A stretch of 64,000 nucleotides of DNA from NCBI GenBank assembly GCA_963841435.1, contig CAWJCS010000001.1, positions 32,001-96,000 of the forward strand, in the 5' to 3' direction. The DNA comes from an uncultured delta proteobacterium (GTDB taxonomy: Bacteria; Myxococcota_A; Polyangia; Polyangiales; Polyangiaceae). Positions 1-9,364 of the stretch are shown in pieces (positions within the stretch are counted from its first letter, which is position 1; every line of letters starts with the position of its first letter). The translations under genes and the position numbers were made by a program. Below the pieces are notes generated by a model. That model was not told the DNA's origin, made no database searches, and saw only the letters and a list, made by a program, of their open reading frames with translations.

Positions 1-317
1 GTCCGACGCCGGGGCACCGGGCCCTCGTCGCGCTGCTCATGGTGCTCGCGCTCGCGAGCTTCGGCGGCGTCCTCGTCGTCTCGCTCGCCGATCCCGGCTT
101 GCGCGCTCACGTCATCGACGGCTCCCTGCTCGTCGTCGCGGCGGCCGCTGCCCTCGGTGGGCAAAGGTGGTTGCCGAGGGTCGCGTGGCTCGGGCTCGCG
201 GGCTGGGGCCTGTGGGGAATCTTGGTGCTCGGGTCCGCGTTCCTGGGCCGAAGTGGCACTTTCGAGCAACTCCGCGAGCGGGCACCGGTTTTGGCCGGGC
301 CCGCCGCGTGGCTCTGA
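1..317 (+). CDS. C-terminal part of a membrane protein (5' end probably outside the window)
   Basis: Hydrophobic stretches (LALASFGGVLVVSL, WLGLAGWGLWGILVLG); stop at 315-317; no recognisable family motif. Confidence 0.5.
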   Translation, partial: PTPGHRALVALLMVLALASFGGVLVVSLADPGLRAHVIDGSLLVVAAAAALGGQRWLPRVAWLGLAGWGLWGILVLGSAFLGRSGTFEQLRERAPVLAGPAAWL

Positions 318-423
318 CCAGGCACGGCTCCGGGTCGAGTTGACTGGGGCCGATCGCGTTCTTAAGTTTCGTAGGGTGTCGCGCGCAGTCGGTGGCTCAA
401 GGCGTCGCAACGGCGCCGCCCGG

Positions 424-1648
424 ATGCCCCGCCTGCTCCAGCGCCTCGTCTGGGTGCTCGCTCTGCTCTTCCTTTCGAGCGGTGCCGGGGCAGCGGATCG
501 GGCGGACGGCGTGCGCACGGGTCACACCGAGCTGAGCGGGCCGCAGGCCGCCACGCAGGAGCCCGTCGCCGTCGAGCTGTCGCACGACGAGCTCTCGCCG
601 CCGTCCGACGCGCCACGGCTCGACGACGACGCTGCGCGGCTGCCGCCCGTCGCGCCCGGCTTCAACACCTACGACGGCGGGTGGATTCGCTTCACTTATC
701 ACCCGAGCGCGCGCGAGCGCATCGAGCCGCTGATCGCCGATGCCGACGACGCGCGGCGTGACATCGAGGCCTGGCTCGGCCAGCCCGTGCTCGGCCGCGT
801 GCGCGTCAACATCGCCCGCACGCCCGGAGAAATGAAGACGCTCGCTCCCGCCGGGGCTCCCTATCCGGACTACGCCTCGGGCGTCGCCTACCCGGAGATC
901 GGCCTCGTGCTTTTGACGCTGTCTCCGCTGTCGCCAAACGATCCTCACGACGTTCGATCAGATTTTCCGCCACGAGCTCGCGCACGTCGCGCTAAACGAC
1001 GCGGTCGGGGGCCGAGCGGTGCCGCGCTGGTTCAACGAGGGGTTCGCCGTGCTCGCTTCCGGGGAAACCTCCGCCGATCGCCTGTGGACGCTGTGGACCG
1101 CGACGGTCGGAGACCGGCTGTTGCCGCTGTCGGAGGTGGAGCGCACGTTTCCGAGCGACGCCGTGAAGGCGTCGGTCGCCTACGCAGAAGCCGTCGACGT
1201 TGTGCGCTTCCTCGTGCGGAGGGAGGAGCGACACCGCTTCCGCGCGCTCGTCCGCGAGCTTCGCGAAGGAAAATCCCTAGATGCGGCGTCGAAGGACGCG
1301 TACGGCGTCGGCCTCGCCACGCTCGAGCACGAGTGGCGCGAGGACGTTGCGAAGCGTTACACGTTCTGGCCGATCCTGTTCAGCGGCACCGCCGTCTGGG
1401 TGGGCATGCTGGGGCTCTTCGTCTGGGGCTGGCGCAAGCGACGGGCGCGGAGCCGCGCCACGCTCGAACGCTGGGCCGTTGACGAGGCACGCGAAGATCA
1501 CCTGCGTCGCCTGCAGGAAAACGCCCGCATCCACATCGTGCTCGCGCGCGCGCCGACCGTCGGGTCGACGCCCGTCCCGAGCTCCACCCCGCTGGAGATC
1601 GAGGTGCCGCGCGTTCAACACGAGGGCGAGTGGCACACGCTGCACTGA
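424..1648 (+). CDS. Peptidase MA-like (gluzincin) zinc metallopeptidase, exported with a C-terminal TM helix; interrupted by a +1 frameshift at about 953
   Basis: Signal peptide from ATG424 (MPRLLQRLVWVLALLFLSSGAGA). Removing one T at 953/954 gives ...PHDVDQIFRHELAHVAL...PRWFNEGFA, i.e. HExxH at 971-985 plus the downstream NEG Glu ligand; TM segment FWPILFSGTAVWVGMLGLFVWGW. Confidence 0.8.
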
Positions 1649-1665
1649 GCGCAGTGTGAGGGGCG

Positions 1666-2517
1666 CTACACTCGGCCCCAGCGCCGCATCGCGCGCACTG
1701 TCGCCCACGAAAGCACGCCACGAGGAACGACGCGCGCGGCGAGCGTCTGCGCCGCGTTGACGACGCCGGGGACGTATAGCGTGCGACCGCGCTCATAGGC
1801 GTGGAGCGCGCCCTCGACCGTGCGGGTGGCGCTCAGCACCGCCACACCCAAGCCCGGTCGCTCCAATCCAGCGGCTGCCTGGAACCCGGTGCGCACCGGT
1901 CCCGGACAAAAGGCCATCGCGTGAACGCCCGAGCCTTCGAGCTCCGTAGCGAGAGCGAGCGTGAAGCTCAAGACGAACGCCTTGGTTGCGGCGTAGGTGG
2001 CCATGTACGGCACCGGCTGGAAGCCCGCTGTCGACGCGACGTTGATGACGCCGCCGCGGCGCGCCTCGAGCATCGGGCAGAGGAGGCCCCGCGTCAGAGA
2101 CACGACGGCCTCGACGTTGAGGCGGACCATGGCGGCCTCGCGCTCTGCCTCGCGCGTGGCGAGCGGTCCGGCGCTCCCGAAGCCGGCGTTGTTGACGAGG
2201 AGATTGACGGGCACGCCCAACGCCGCGACCTGCTCGAGCAGTCGCATGGCGCCGCCGGGCTCGGAGAGATCAGCCGGGATGGCGCGTGCCGCGATGCCGT
2301 TGACGCGGCCGAGGTCGCTCGCGATCTCCTCGAGCCGACTCTCGGAGCGCGCCGTGAGGATGAGGTTCGCTCCCCGGCGCGCGAGGCTGCGGGCCATCTC
2401 GGTTCCGAGTCCGGACGAGGCACCCGTCACGAGCGCCCACCGGCCGCTGAAGCGCGCACCGGCGGGCCCGCCGCCTCGCGTCACCGAGACATCGCTGGGT
2501 GGTCGACGCTCGTTCAC
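1666..2517 (-). CDS. Short-chain dehydrogenase/reductase (SDR)
   Basis: TGASSGLG Rossmann motif, NNAG and the catalytic YAATK. Confidence 0.92.
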   Translation of the reverse strand: MNERRPPSDVSVTRGGGPAGARFSGRWALVTGASSGLGTEMARSLARRGANLILTARSESRLEEIASDLGRVNGIAARAIPADLSEPGGAMRLLEQVAALGVPVNLLVNNAGFGSAGPLATREAEREAAMVRLNVEAVVSLTRGLLCPMLEARRGGVINVASTAGFQPVPYMATYAATKAFVLSFTLALATELEGSGVHAMAFCPGPVRTGFQAAAGLERPGLGVAVLSATRTVEGALHAYERGRTLYVPGVVNAAQTLAARVVPRGVLSWATVRAMRRWGRV

Positions 2518-2554
2518 GGAGTTTTCTCATTAATCACGATACCGCCCCCGATTC

Positions 2555-2578
2555 GTCACAAAAGTCCTGTCGTGTGAC
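2555..2578. promoter_or_regulatory. Inverted repeat GTCACA-N12-TGTGAC in the divergent SDR/porin promoter region; possible operator
   Basis: GTCACA at 2555-2560 and TGTGAC at 2573-2578 within an AT-richer 67-bp spacer upstream of porin-pstS. Confidence 0.3.
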
Positions 2579-2584
2579 ACGCCG

Positions 2585-3784
2585 ATGGCGAATCGAAGAA
2601 ATGTGCATCGATCGAGGGCTTTTGGAAGGTGTTTCGTGCTCTGTGCGCTTGGTTGGTCCGTCTGCGCGAACGCGCAGCCGGCGGCTCCCGAGCTCCAACA
2701 GGCGGGGGTGCCGGCTGCGCCTGCGGCGACCGCCCCCGGACCCCTGCCCGAGCCGCCCGCAGCTCCTGCGGCGCGGTCGAGCCTTTCCGTCGGTAAGGCG
2801 CTCGGCGGCACGTTCCAGCCGAGCGCCCTCTTGCAGTTCTGGGTCGTCGCAAGCCGACAGAGCGTGCGCGAGCCCGCCGACGAGACGACGTTCTCTTTTC
2901 GGCTTCGACGCGCCGAGCTCAAGATGAAAGGCGATATCATCCCGGACACCGTTCGGTATCAGCTGATGCTGGATGCCGCGCGGGCTCTCGAGCCGAACGC
3001 CGTCGAGGTTGCGACGCCTGGGGACGCTGGTACCGTGAAAGTAACCGGGTCCTCGGGTGCGCTGACGATCCTCTGTGACTTCTTCATCACGTTTCCGACC
3101 GACTTCGTCGACGTCTCCGTCGGGCAGTACCGCATTCCCATCGGTTACGAAAGTTACAATTCTTCGTCGAAGTTGCTCTTCCCGGAGCGGGCTCCCATCG
3201 AGCGATATTACGGTGACCGTCGCGACATCGGTGTGAGGCTGGAGAAGAAGATTGGCCGCTACCTTGGCTACTACGCAGGCATCTTCAACGGATCCGGGCA
3301 AAACAAGCTCGACGACGACCGGGCAAAGGACGTCGCGCTGCGGCTCGAGGTCTACCCGATCGAGGGGCTCACACTGGCCGGCGTGGGCTACACCACGCTC
3401 GGCAAGCGCGAAGGCGTCACGCGGGATCGTCTCGAGGGGGATCTCAGGTACGAAGGCTACGGTGCCCTGGTCCTCGCCGAGCACATCCGCGGTTGGGACC
3501 GCAAGAACCAGGCGCCCGCCGTCCGCGGTCAGGGGACGACGATCCAGCTTGCCTATACGATCCTCGATCGCCTGCAACCGATGGCTCGTTTCGGGGACAT
3601 CGATCCCGACATGGACAAATGGGGCGACCACTACCGGCACTACGAGGGCGGGCTCGCGTGGCTGATCCAGTCGAACGAGGCGAAGATCACGCTGAGCGTG
3701 TCGGGCTATGATCCCACGCACACCGATCACCGCACCAATGTCGCCAAGACGGAAGCCATTCTTTCCACTCAGGCAAGCTTCTGA
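2585..3784 (+). CDS. Outer-membrane porin, phosphate-selective OprO/OprP-like
   Basis: Signal peptide, Pro/Ala linker, FSFRLRRAELK, VGQYRIPIGYE, RDIGV, GIFNGSG, terminal Phe; directly upstream of pstS. Confidence 0.75.
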   Translation: MANRRNVHRSRAFGRCFVLCALGWSVCANAQPAAPELQQAGVPAAPAATAPGPLPEPPAAPAARSSLSVGKALGGTFQPSALLQFWVVASRQSVREPADETTFSFRLRRAELKMKGDIIPDTVRYQLMLDAARALEPNAVEVATPGDAGTVKVTGSSGALTILCDFFITFPTDFVDVSVGQYRIPIGYESYNSSSKLLFPERAPIERYYGDRRDIGVRLEKKIGRYLGYYAGIFNGSGQNKLDDDRAKDVALRLEVYPIEGLTLAGVGYTTLGKREGVTRDRLEGDLRYEGYGALVLAEHIRGWDRKNQAPAVRGQGTTIQLAYTILDRLQPMARFGDIDPDMDKWGDHYRHYEGGLAWLIQSNEAKITLSVSGYDPTHTDHRTNVAKTEAILSTQASF

Positions 3785-3868
3785 CTGGTGTCACCAGCTC
3801 GTGAGCGCGACGCTCGGGCGCGACAAGCTCCGGGAGGGCTCCGAATCGCGTCGCGCTCGAGGCGGCGG

Positions 3869-4912
3869 ATGATCGATCGTCGCTCGGTCCTCGCCGGCTT
3901 GCTGCTCGCCGGCTGCGGTCAGCGCTGCGAGCGCTCGACGGGCGGCGTATCGCTGCATGGCGCGGGCGCGACCTTCCCATTTCCGCTGTATTCCAAGTGG
4001 ATCGACGAGTACCACCGGCTCGTGCCGAACGTGCGGGTCAATTACCAGCCCATCGGCTCTGGCGGTGGGGTCCGTCAGATCCTCGCGGGCACCGTGGACT
4101 TCGGAGCGAGCGACGTTCCTCTCGCGCCGGACGAGCTTGCGCGCGTGAGCGCACCGGTCCTGCACGTCCCCACCTCCGTCGGTGCGGTCGTTGTCAGCTA
4201 CAACGTGTCGGGGCTCGGCGCTCCCATTCGCTTCACGCCGGAGCTCTTGACCAAGATCTTCCTCGGAGACATCGTGCGCTGGAGCGCGCCCGACTTCGCT
4301 CGCTTGAACCCGGGCATCGCGCTGGCCGACGAGCCGATCACGGTCGTCTTCCGCTCCGACGGGAGCGGCACGACGGCGCTCTTCACCGAGTGCCTGGCGT
4401 CGGCGAGCTCCGAGTGGCGGGACAAGGTCGGCAGCGCGAAGAACGTGCGGTTCCCCGTCGGGCTAGGCGCCAAGGGCAACGAGGGCGTCACGGGCATCCT
4501 GCGTTCCACACCGGGGACGCTCAGCTATACCGAGCTGGCGTACGCGAAGCAGAACGACTTGCCGCTCGGGGCGATCCAGAACCGGGCAGGCCGCTTCGTG
4601 ATCCCCTCCGTTGCCGCCGTGACGGCCGCCGCGGAGAGTGTGGCCATGCCCGATGCGCTCCACGTTTCCCTGCGCGACACAGCGAGCGACGCCGCCTACC
4701 CGCTTTCGGCCTACACCTACCTGCTCGTTCACCGCGACAACGACCACGCCGACAAGGGCGAGGCGCTCGCCCGCTTCTTGTGGTGGGCGGTGCACGAAGG
4801 TCAGCGCTTCGCTGCGCCCCTCGACTACTCGCCGCTACCGACCCCCGTCGTGACGAAGCTCGAGCGTGCTCTCGGCACGCTGCGCGTCTCGGGTCATCCA
4901 GTCCACTACTGA
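3869..4912 (+). CDS. pstS: Phosphate ABC transporter substrate-binding lipoprotein PstS
   Basis: GAGATFPFPLYSKW, NYQPIGSGGG, DFGASD, RSDGSGTT, GAKGNEGV; signal MIDRRSVLAGLLLAGC (twin-Arg-like, lipobox). Confidence 0.95.
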   Translation: MIDRRSVLAGLLLAGCGQRCERSTGGVSLHGAGATFPFPLYSKWIDEYHRLVPNVRVNYQPIGSGGGVRQILAGTVDFGASDVPLAPDELARVSAPVLHVPTSVGAVVVSYNVSGLGAPIRFTPELLTKIFLGDIVRWSAPDFARLNPGIALADEPITVVFRSDGSGTTALFTECLASASSEWRDKVGSAKNVRFPVGLGAKGNEGVTGILRSTPGTLSYTELAYAKQNDLPLGAIQNRAGRFVIPSVAAVTAAAESVAMPDALHVSLRDTASDAAYPLSAYTYLLVHRDNDHADKGEALARFLWWAVHEGQRFAAPLDYSPLPTPVVTKLERALGTLRVSGHPVHY

Positions 4913-4922
4913 CCCCCGCTCG

Positions 4923-5801
4923 TCAGTTGTTGTTGCACTGGCTCGCGATCGACCAATTGGTCTGATCCACGATGGTGCCGGGGTTTTGCGTGTCGCAGCC
5001 GGTCTTGCATTGAAACAGCATCGTGTGACCCTGGAGGCAGCCCCCGGTCCCGACCGTGCACATCGCAAGGACGTAGTCGTCCTTCGAATACGCGCACGCC
5101 ATCGAGTAGGGTGACGCGTCCATGCACGTGGTACCGCTCGGCGGCGTGCACGTGCCCGAGCCGGTGCCGCCCGCTCCGCCTTTGCCCGCCGAGCCGCTCG
5201 CGCCACCCTGTCCTGCCGAGCCGCCTTTGCCCGCGGAGCCGCCGCTTCCCGCGGAGCCGCTTGCGCCACCCTGCCCTGCGGAGCCGCCTTTGCCCGCGCC
5301 ACCGCCCGTCCCGGCGCCGCCGACGCCGGCCGCACCGCCGAACGCCATGCCGCCGCTGCCACCTTTGCCCGCGCTGCCGCTCGTGCCCGCGCTTCCCGCC
5401 GAGCCGCCGCTCCCACCGGCACCGCTTGCCCCGCCACCGCCGCCGGTGCCGCCGTCGCTGCCACCCGCGCCGACCGAGCCCGCGCCGCCCGAGCCGCTTG
5501 CGCCGCCCGAGCCGCCTGCGCCGCCTGCGCTACCGCTCCCCGCCGAGCCACCGGAGCCTGCGGTACCGCCCGAGCCGCCGACACCGAAAGAGCCACCGAC
5601 GCCCGAGCTTCCCCCGACGCCGGCGCCACCGCCAATCGACCCACCGGCACCGTCGCCCGCCGAGCCGCCGGTCGTCCCGGGATCGGGAATCGGGATCTCT
5701 CCTTCGGTCGCGACGGCGCACGCGACGGCGCCGAGGAGGGCACAAGCAACGAGGCTGAGTCTACGGTCGAGCACGTTTTTCGAAAGCCTCCCTGAACACA
5801 C
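4923..5801 (-). CDS. Lipoprotein with a long Gly/Ser/Ala linker and a small C-terminal Cys-rich domain (possibly carbohydrate-binding)
   Basis: Lipobox-like GAVAC, about 170 aa of GGSAG-type linker, then about 75 aa with 8 Cys ending PG...W....QC. Start uncertain (GTG 5801 or 5774). Confidence 0.75.
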   Translation of the reverse strand: MCSGRLSKNVLDRRLSLVACALLGAVACAVATEGEIPIPDPGTTGGSAGDGAGGSIGGGAGVGGSSGVGGSFGVGGSGGTAGSGGSAGSGSAGGAGGSGGASGSGGAGSVGAGGSDGGTGGGGGASGAGGSGGSAGSAGTSGSAGKGGSGGMAFGGAAGVGGAGTGGGAGKGGSAGQGGASGSAGSGGSAGKGGSAGQGGASGSAGKGGAGGTGSGTCTPPSGTTCMDASPYSMACAYSKDDYVLAMCTVGTGGCLQGHTMLFQCKTGCDTQNPGTIVDQTNWSIASQCNNN

Positions 5802-5857
5802 AAGCGTAACACGCGGTCGAGCGCCGCGCGAAAGGGATCCGCGCTTGGTGTCGAGCG

Positions 5858-6985
5858 TCAGCCGACGTGTGTGCTCTGCGCACGATGTCGTAGAAGGTGG
5901 TCAGCGAGCACGAGAGCAACCATGGCCTCTCCCATGGGCACGAAGCGCGGCAAGAGACACGGGTCATGGCGGCCGCGCGTGCGAATGGTCGTCGGCTCGA
6001 GCTCCTGCGTAACGGTCTCTTGGTCGCGCGGCAGGCTGCTCGTCGGCTTGATGGCGGCGCGCACGACGATCGGCATGCCGGAGCTGATGCCGCCGAGCAT
6101 GCCGCCGTGGCGATTCGTGCGCGTTTTGGCGTGCTTTTCGCCGTCCGGGCCCGGCTCCGCGAAGAACGCGTCGTTGTTCTCGCTGCCGCGCAGCGTCGCG
6201 CAGCCGAAGCCGACGCCGTACTCGACGCCGAGCACGGCGGGCAGGCTGAAGAGCGCCTTGCCGAGGTCCGCCTTGAGCTTGTCGAAGACGGGCTCGCCGA
6301 GCCCCGGCGGGACACCCGTCGCGACGATCTCGCTGACGCCGCCGATCGAATCCTGATCCTTCCTCAGATCTTCGATGAGCTTTATCATGCGCGGCACGGC
6401 GTCGTGATCCGGACAGCGCACGAGATTGGGGCTCCCGTCGCCGAGTGTCTCGACGTCGTGCTCGGTGATCGCCGCGGGGTCGTCGACGTTCGCCACGATG
6501 GAGCCAATCTGCTTGACGTAGCCGACGACGCGCCCGCCGAATGCCTCGGCGATCAGCTTCTTGGCGACGGCGCCGGCTGCGACGCGCGCCACCGTCTCGC
6601 GGGCGCTCGAGCGCCCGCCGCCGCGGTAGTCGCGAAAGCCGTACTTCTCGTCGAAGGTGAAGTCGGCGTGGCCGGGGCGGTATTTGTTCTTGATATCGTC
6701 GTAGTCGCGGCTCTTCTGGTCCTGGTTGCGAATCAGGATGGCGATGCTCGTTCCCGTGGTCCGCCCCTCGAACACACCCGAGAGAATTTCCGCCTCGTCG
6801 GACTCGTTGCGCTGGGTCACGAGGTGGCTCTGGCCCGGACGCCGCCGCCCGAGGTCGTGCGCCAGATCGGCCACGTCGAGTGGGATGCCGGGCGGACAGC
6901 CGTCGATGATGACGACGTTGCCGGGCCCGTGGGACTCACCGGCCGTCGTGATGCGAAAAGCCTGACCGAAGCTGTTTCCGGACAT
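5858..6985 (-). CDS. aroC: Chorismate synthase
   Basis: GESHG, RRPGQS, RPGHAD, GGGRSSARET, GGMLGGISSG, GRHDPC signatures. Confidence 0.98.
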   Translation of the reverse strand: MSGNSFGQAFRITTAGESHGPGNVVIIDGCPPGIPLDVADLAHDLGRRRPGQSHLVTQRNESDEAEILSGVFEGRTTGTSIAILIRNQDQKSRDYDDIKNKYRPGHADFTFDEKYGFRDYRGGGRSSARETVARVAAGAVAKKLIAEAFGGRVVGYVKQIGSIVANVDDPAAITEHDVETLGDGSPNLVRCPDHDAVPRMIKLIEDLRKDQDSIGGVSEIVATGVPPGLGEPVFDKLKADLGKALFSLPAVLGVEYGVGFGCATLRGSENNDAFFAEPGPDGEKHAKTRTNRHGGMLGGISSGMPIVVRAAIKPTSSLPRDQETVTQELEPTTIRTRGRHDPCLLPRFVPMGEAMVALVLADHLLRHRAQSTHVG

Positions 6986-7031
6986 ACGCCCGTCGAGTTT
7001 CCCACGGGGTGGGCGGCGTTGCTACTATCCG

Positions 7032-8177
7032 GTGCTCGTGGCGCCCCTCACGACCTTGAGCGACGACGAGCGGCTGTTCCTGGACACCGTGCATGCCTTC
7101 GCGCGCGAGCGCGTTGCCCCGAAAGTGGCCGAGATGGACGCCGCGGGTGCGCTCGACGAAAGCCTCGTCCCTCTGCTCTTCGAGCTCGGCGTGATGGGCA
7201 TCGAAACACCCGCGAGCCTCGGTGGTGCTGGCTCGACGTTCATGAACGCGATCCTCGCGGTTCAGGCGCTGGCGCGCGTCGATCCCTCCGTTGCCGTGCT
7301 CGTCGACGTGCAGAACACGCTGGTCAACAACGCTCTCGTGCGCTGGGGCACGGACGCGCAGAAGGCGAAATACCTCGGGCGCCTGGCGAGCGAATGGGTC
7401 GGATCGTACGCGCTCAGCGAGGCAGGTTCGGGGTCGGACGCCTTCGCACTCAAGACTCGCGCCGAGCGGCGCGGCGACCACTGGGTGCTCACCGGCCAGA
7501 AGCTCTGGATCACGAACGCCGCGGAGAGCTCGCTTTTCATCGTCTTCGCGAACGTCGACCCGGCGCAGGGTTACCGCGGCATCACGGCTTTCCTCGTGGA
7601 GCGCGGGTACTTGGGATTTTCCGTCGGCAAGAAGGAGGACAAGCTCGGTATCCGCGCGTCGAGCACGTGCGAGCTCGTGCTCGAGGGGTGCGAGGTGCCG
7701 TCCGACGCCGTCCTCGGCGAGGTGGGCAATGGCTACAAGATCGCGATCCTCACGCTGAACGAGGGGCGCATCGGCATCGGGGCACAGATGCTCGGCCTCG
7801 CCGAGGGAGCGCTCGAGCATGCGCTTGGCTACGCGCGCGAGCGCAAGCAGTTCGGCAAGGCGCTCGTGGAGTTCCAGGGCGTCGAATTTCAGCTCGCACG
7901 AATGGCGATGGAGGTCGAAGCGGCGAAGCTCTTGGTCTACAACGCCGCACGCTTGAAGGACGCGGGTGCCGACTTCGTGAAGGAGGCGGCCATGGCGAAG
8001 CTCTTCGCGTCCGAGGTGGCCGAGCGCGTCGCCTCCCAGGCCGTGGACCTGTTCGGCGGCGTCGGCTTCACGCGCGAGTATCCCGTCGAGAAGCTCTACC
8101 GGGACGCGAAGATCGGAAAGATCTACGAGGGGACGAGCAACATGCAGCTTCAGACCATCGCCAAGCTTTTGCGTTGA
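7032..8177 (+). CDS. Acyl-CoA dehydrogenase (short/branched-chain type)
   Basis: ALSEAGSGSDA, GQKLWITN, KLGIRASST, RKQFG, GGVGFTREYPVEKLYRDAKIGKIYEGT. Confidence 0.96.
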   Translation: MLVAPLTTLSDDERLFLDTVHAFARERVAPKVAEMDAAGALDESLVPLLFELGVMGIETPASLGGAGSTFMNAILAVQALARVDPSVAVLVDVQNTLVNNALVRWGTDAQKAKYLGRLASEWVGSYALSEAGSGSDAFALKTRAERRGDHWVLTGQKLWITNAAESSLFIVFANVDPAQGYRGITAFLVERGYLGFSVGKKEDKLGIRASSTCELVLEGCEVPSDAVLGEVGNGYKIAILTLNEGRIGIGAQMLGLAEGALEHALGYARERKQFGKALVEFQGVEFQLARMAMEVEAAKLLVYNAARLKDAGADFVKEAAMAKLFASEVAERVASQAVDLFGGVGFTREYPVEKLYRDAKIGKIYEGTSNMQLQTIAKLLR

Positions 8178-8341
8178 GCGCGGGGCCCGCCTCGTCGGGT
8201 CCGGGTCGTCGGGGGCAGTTCGGCGAGCTTTCGGTGAGGCGAGAACGCTCGCCGAGCGTGCAGGGAAGGCCGAGGGCCCGGAAGACTCGGCAGTCTGGCG
8301 CTTCCCAGGCGACGTGACAGGCGCTATGGTCCGACCCCGCC

Positions 8342-8476
8342 ATGGAACCCGGTCTCGTCACGCTTGCAAAGATCGTCGGTACGCTGCTCTTCGCGATTGG
8401 CCTCGTGCCCATGATCTTCCTGCTGTCCCCCGGGGACATGAGCGAGCCGTCGGACGACGAGCCGGGCGATCACTAG
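8342..8476 (+). CDS. Putative 44-aa single-TM small protein (below the ORF-track cutoff)
   Basis: MEPGLVTLAKIVGTLLFAIGLVPMIFLLSPGDMSEPSDDEPGDH*; host-like GC3 codon use; fills an otherwise empty gap. Confidence 0.55.
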   Translation: MEPGLVTLAKIVGTLLFAIGLVPMIFLLSPGDMSEPSDDEPGDH

Positions 8477-8540
8477 CCCTTTCGCCCGAGCACGGGGGTC
8501 GGTTGAAACCAATCGAGGCCCGTGCCGTAAAAGAGTGACG

Positions 8541-9350
8541 ATGGCACGACTCATATTCACGGGTGCGCTACTCGCCGCCGCGCTTGCCGCGGGCTGCAGC
8601 AAGAAGGAGCCGCCCAAGGACCTCGCGCCCGTCTCGAGCGCCACACTGGCCCCGCCCAAGGCGGCTTCGAACGGTGCCGTCTCGCTCGCCGTCGAGGGCC
8701 CCACGAGCTCCGTGAAGTTCCTGATGGACTCGCCGCTCGAGAAGATCGACGGCGACGCCCCCGCGTCCGCGAGCGGCGAGCTTTCGATCGATCTCGCCGA
8801 CCTCGAGAAGTCGACGGGCATCATCAAGGTGGATCTCGGCAAGCTGACGCTCTACCAGCAGCGCCGCCCCGAAGAGAACGGCGAGTACAGCGAGCGGAAG
8901 GTGAATCCCAAGCAGAACGAGCACGCCCGGGACTGGCTGCAGCTCGTTCCGCACGAGGGCGAGGTCACGGCGGAGCAGGCCGAGAAGAACCGCCTCGTGG
9001 AGTTTCGCATCGATTCGGTGATGCCTTCCGAGAAGAGTGTGCTCGATCTGGAGGGGCCGGAGCGCAAGGTGATCGCCACGGTGTCCGGCCCGCTTCGCTT
9101 GCACGGTCGCGAGGCCACGAAGAGCGCGAAGGTCCTCTTGACGTTCAAGTTCGAAGGCAAAAAGCTCGCGTCGCTCGGCGTGAAGACCCTCGAGCCCTTC
9201 AGCGTGAATCTGGAGAAATTCGAAATCAATCCTCGCGACGGCGCCGGCAAGTTCGTCAAGAGCGTGACGGACGCCATCGGGGGATCGCTCAAGGGCAAGC
9301 TTTCGTCCGACGCGCCGGTGATGATCGAGCTCACCGCCAAGCCGAAGTAG
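8541..9350 (+). CDS. YceI-like lipid/polyisoprenoid-binding lipoprotein
   Basis: Lipobox LAAGC; SSVKFLMDSPLEKIDG, SGELSIDLADLEKSTGIIKVDL, VSGPLRLHG resemble the YceI beta-barrel pattern. Confidence 0.7.
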   Translation: MARLIFTGALLAAALAAGCSKKEPPKDLAPVSSATLAPPKAASNGAVSLAVEGPTSSVKFLMDSPLEKIDGDAPASASGELSIDLADLEKSTGIIKVDLGKLTLYQQRRPEENGEYSERKVNPKQNEHARDWLQLVPHEGEVTAEQAEKNRLVEFRIDSVMPSEKSVLDLEGPERKVIATVSGPLRLHGREATKSAKVLLTFKFEGKKLASLGVKTLEPFSVNLEKFEINPRDGAGKFVKSVTDAIGGSLKGKLSSDAPVMIELTAKPK

Positions 9351-9364
9351 GCGGGCCCTCCCGC

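Noticed and set aside
952-957. Programmed +1 ribosomal frameshifting at GTT-CGA
   Set aside because: No cognate re-pairing is possible for the P-site tRNA, and the third GTTCGA case is in a different codon phase; a sequencing- or DNA-level cause fits better.
2526-2575. Canonical Pho box upstream of porin-pstS
   Set aside because: Half sites (ATCAC 2533, GTCAC 2555, GTCGT 2569) do not form adjacent 11-bp direct repeats; only the inverted repeat is reported.
5111-6012. Pro-rich plus-strand ORFs (e.g. 296-aa PAEPPLP repeats) that look extensin-like
   Set aside because: They are the antisense shadow of the Gly-rich lipoprotein; GGC/GGT codons read as Pro/Ala on the other strand. The same applies at 38876-39091, 57243-57599 and 59836-60141.
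5897-8317. Very long alternative-frame ORFs (806 aa here; also 49730-51922, 56967-59177, 35704-37716, 43286-44932)
   Set aside because: Stop codons are scarce in GC-rich DNA. These ORFs overlap genes with clear family motifs and translate to Arg/Ala/Gly-rich sequence with no motifs.
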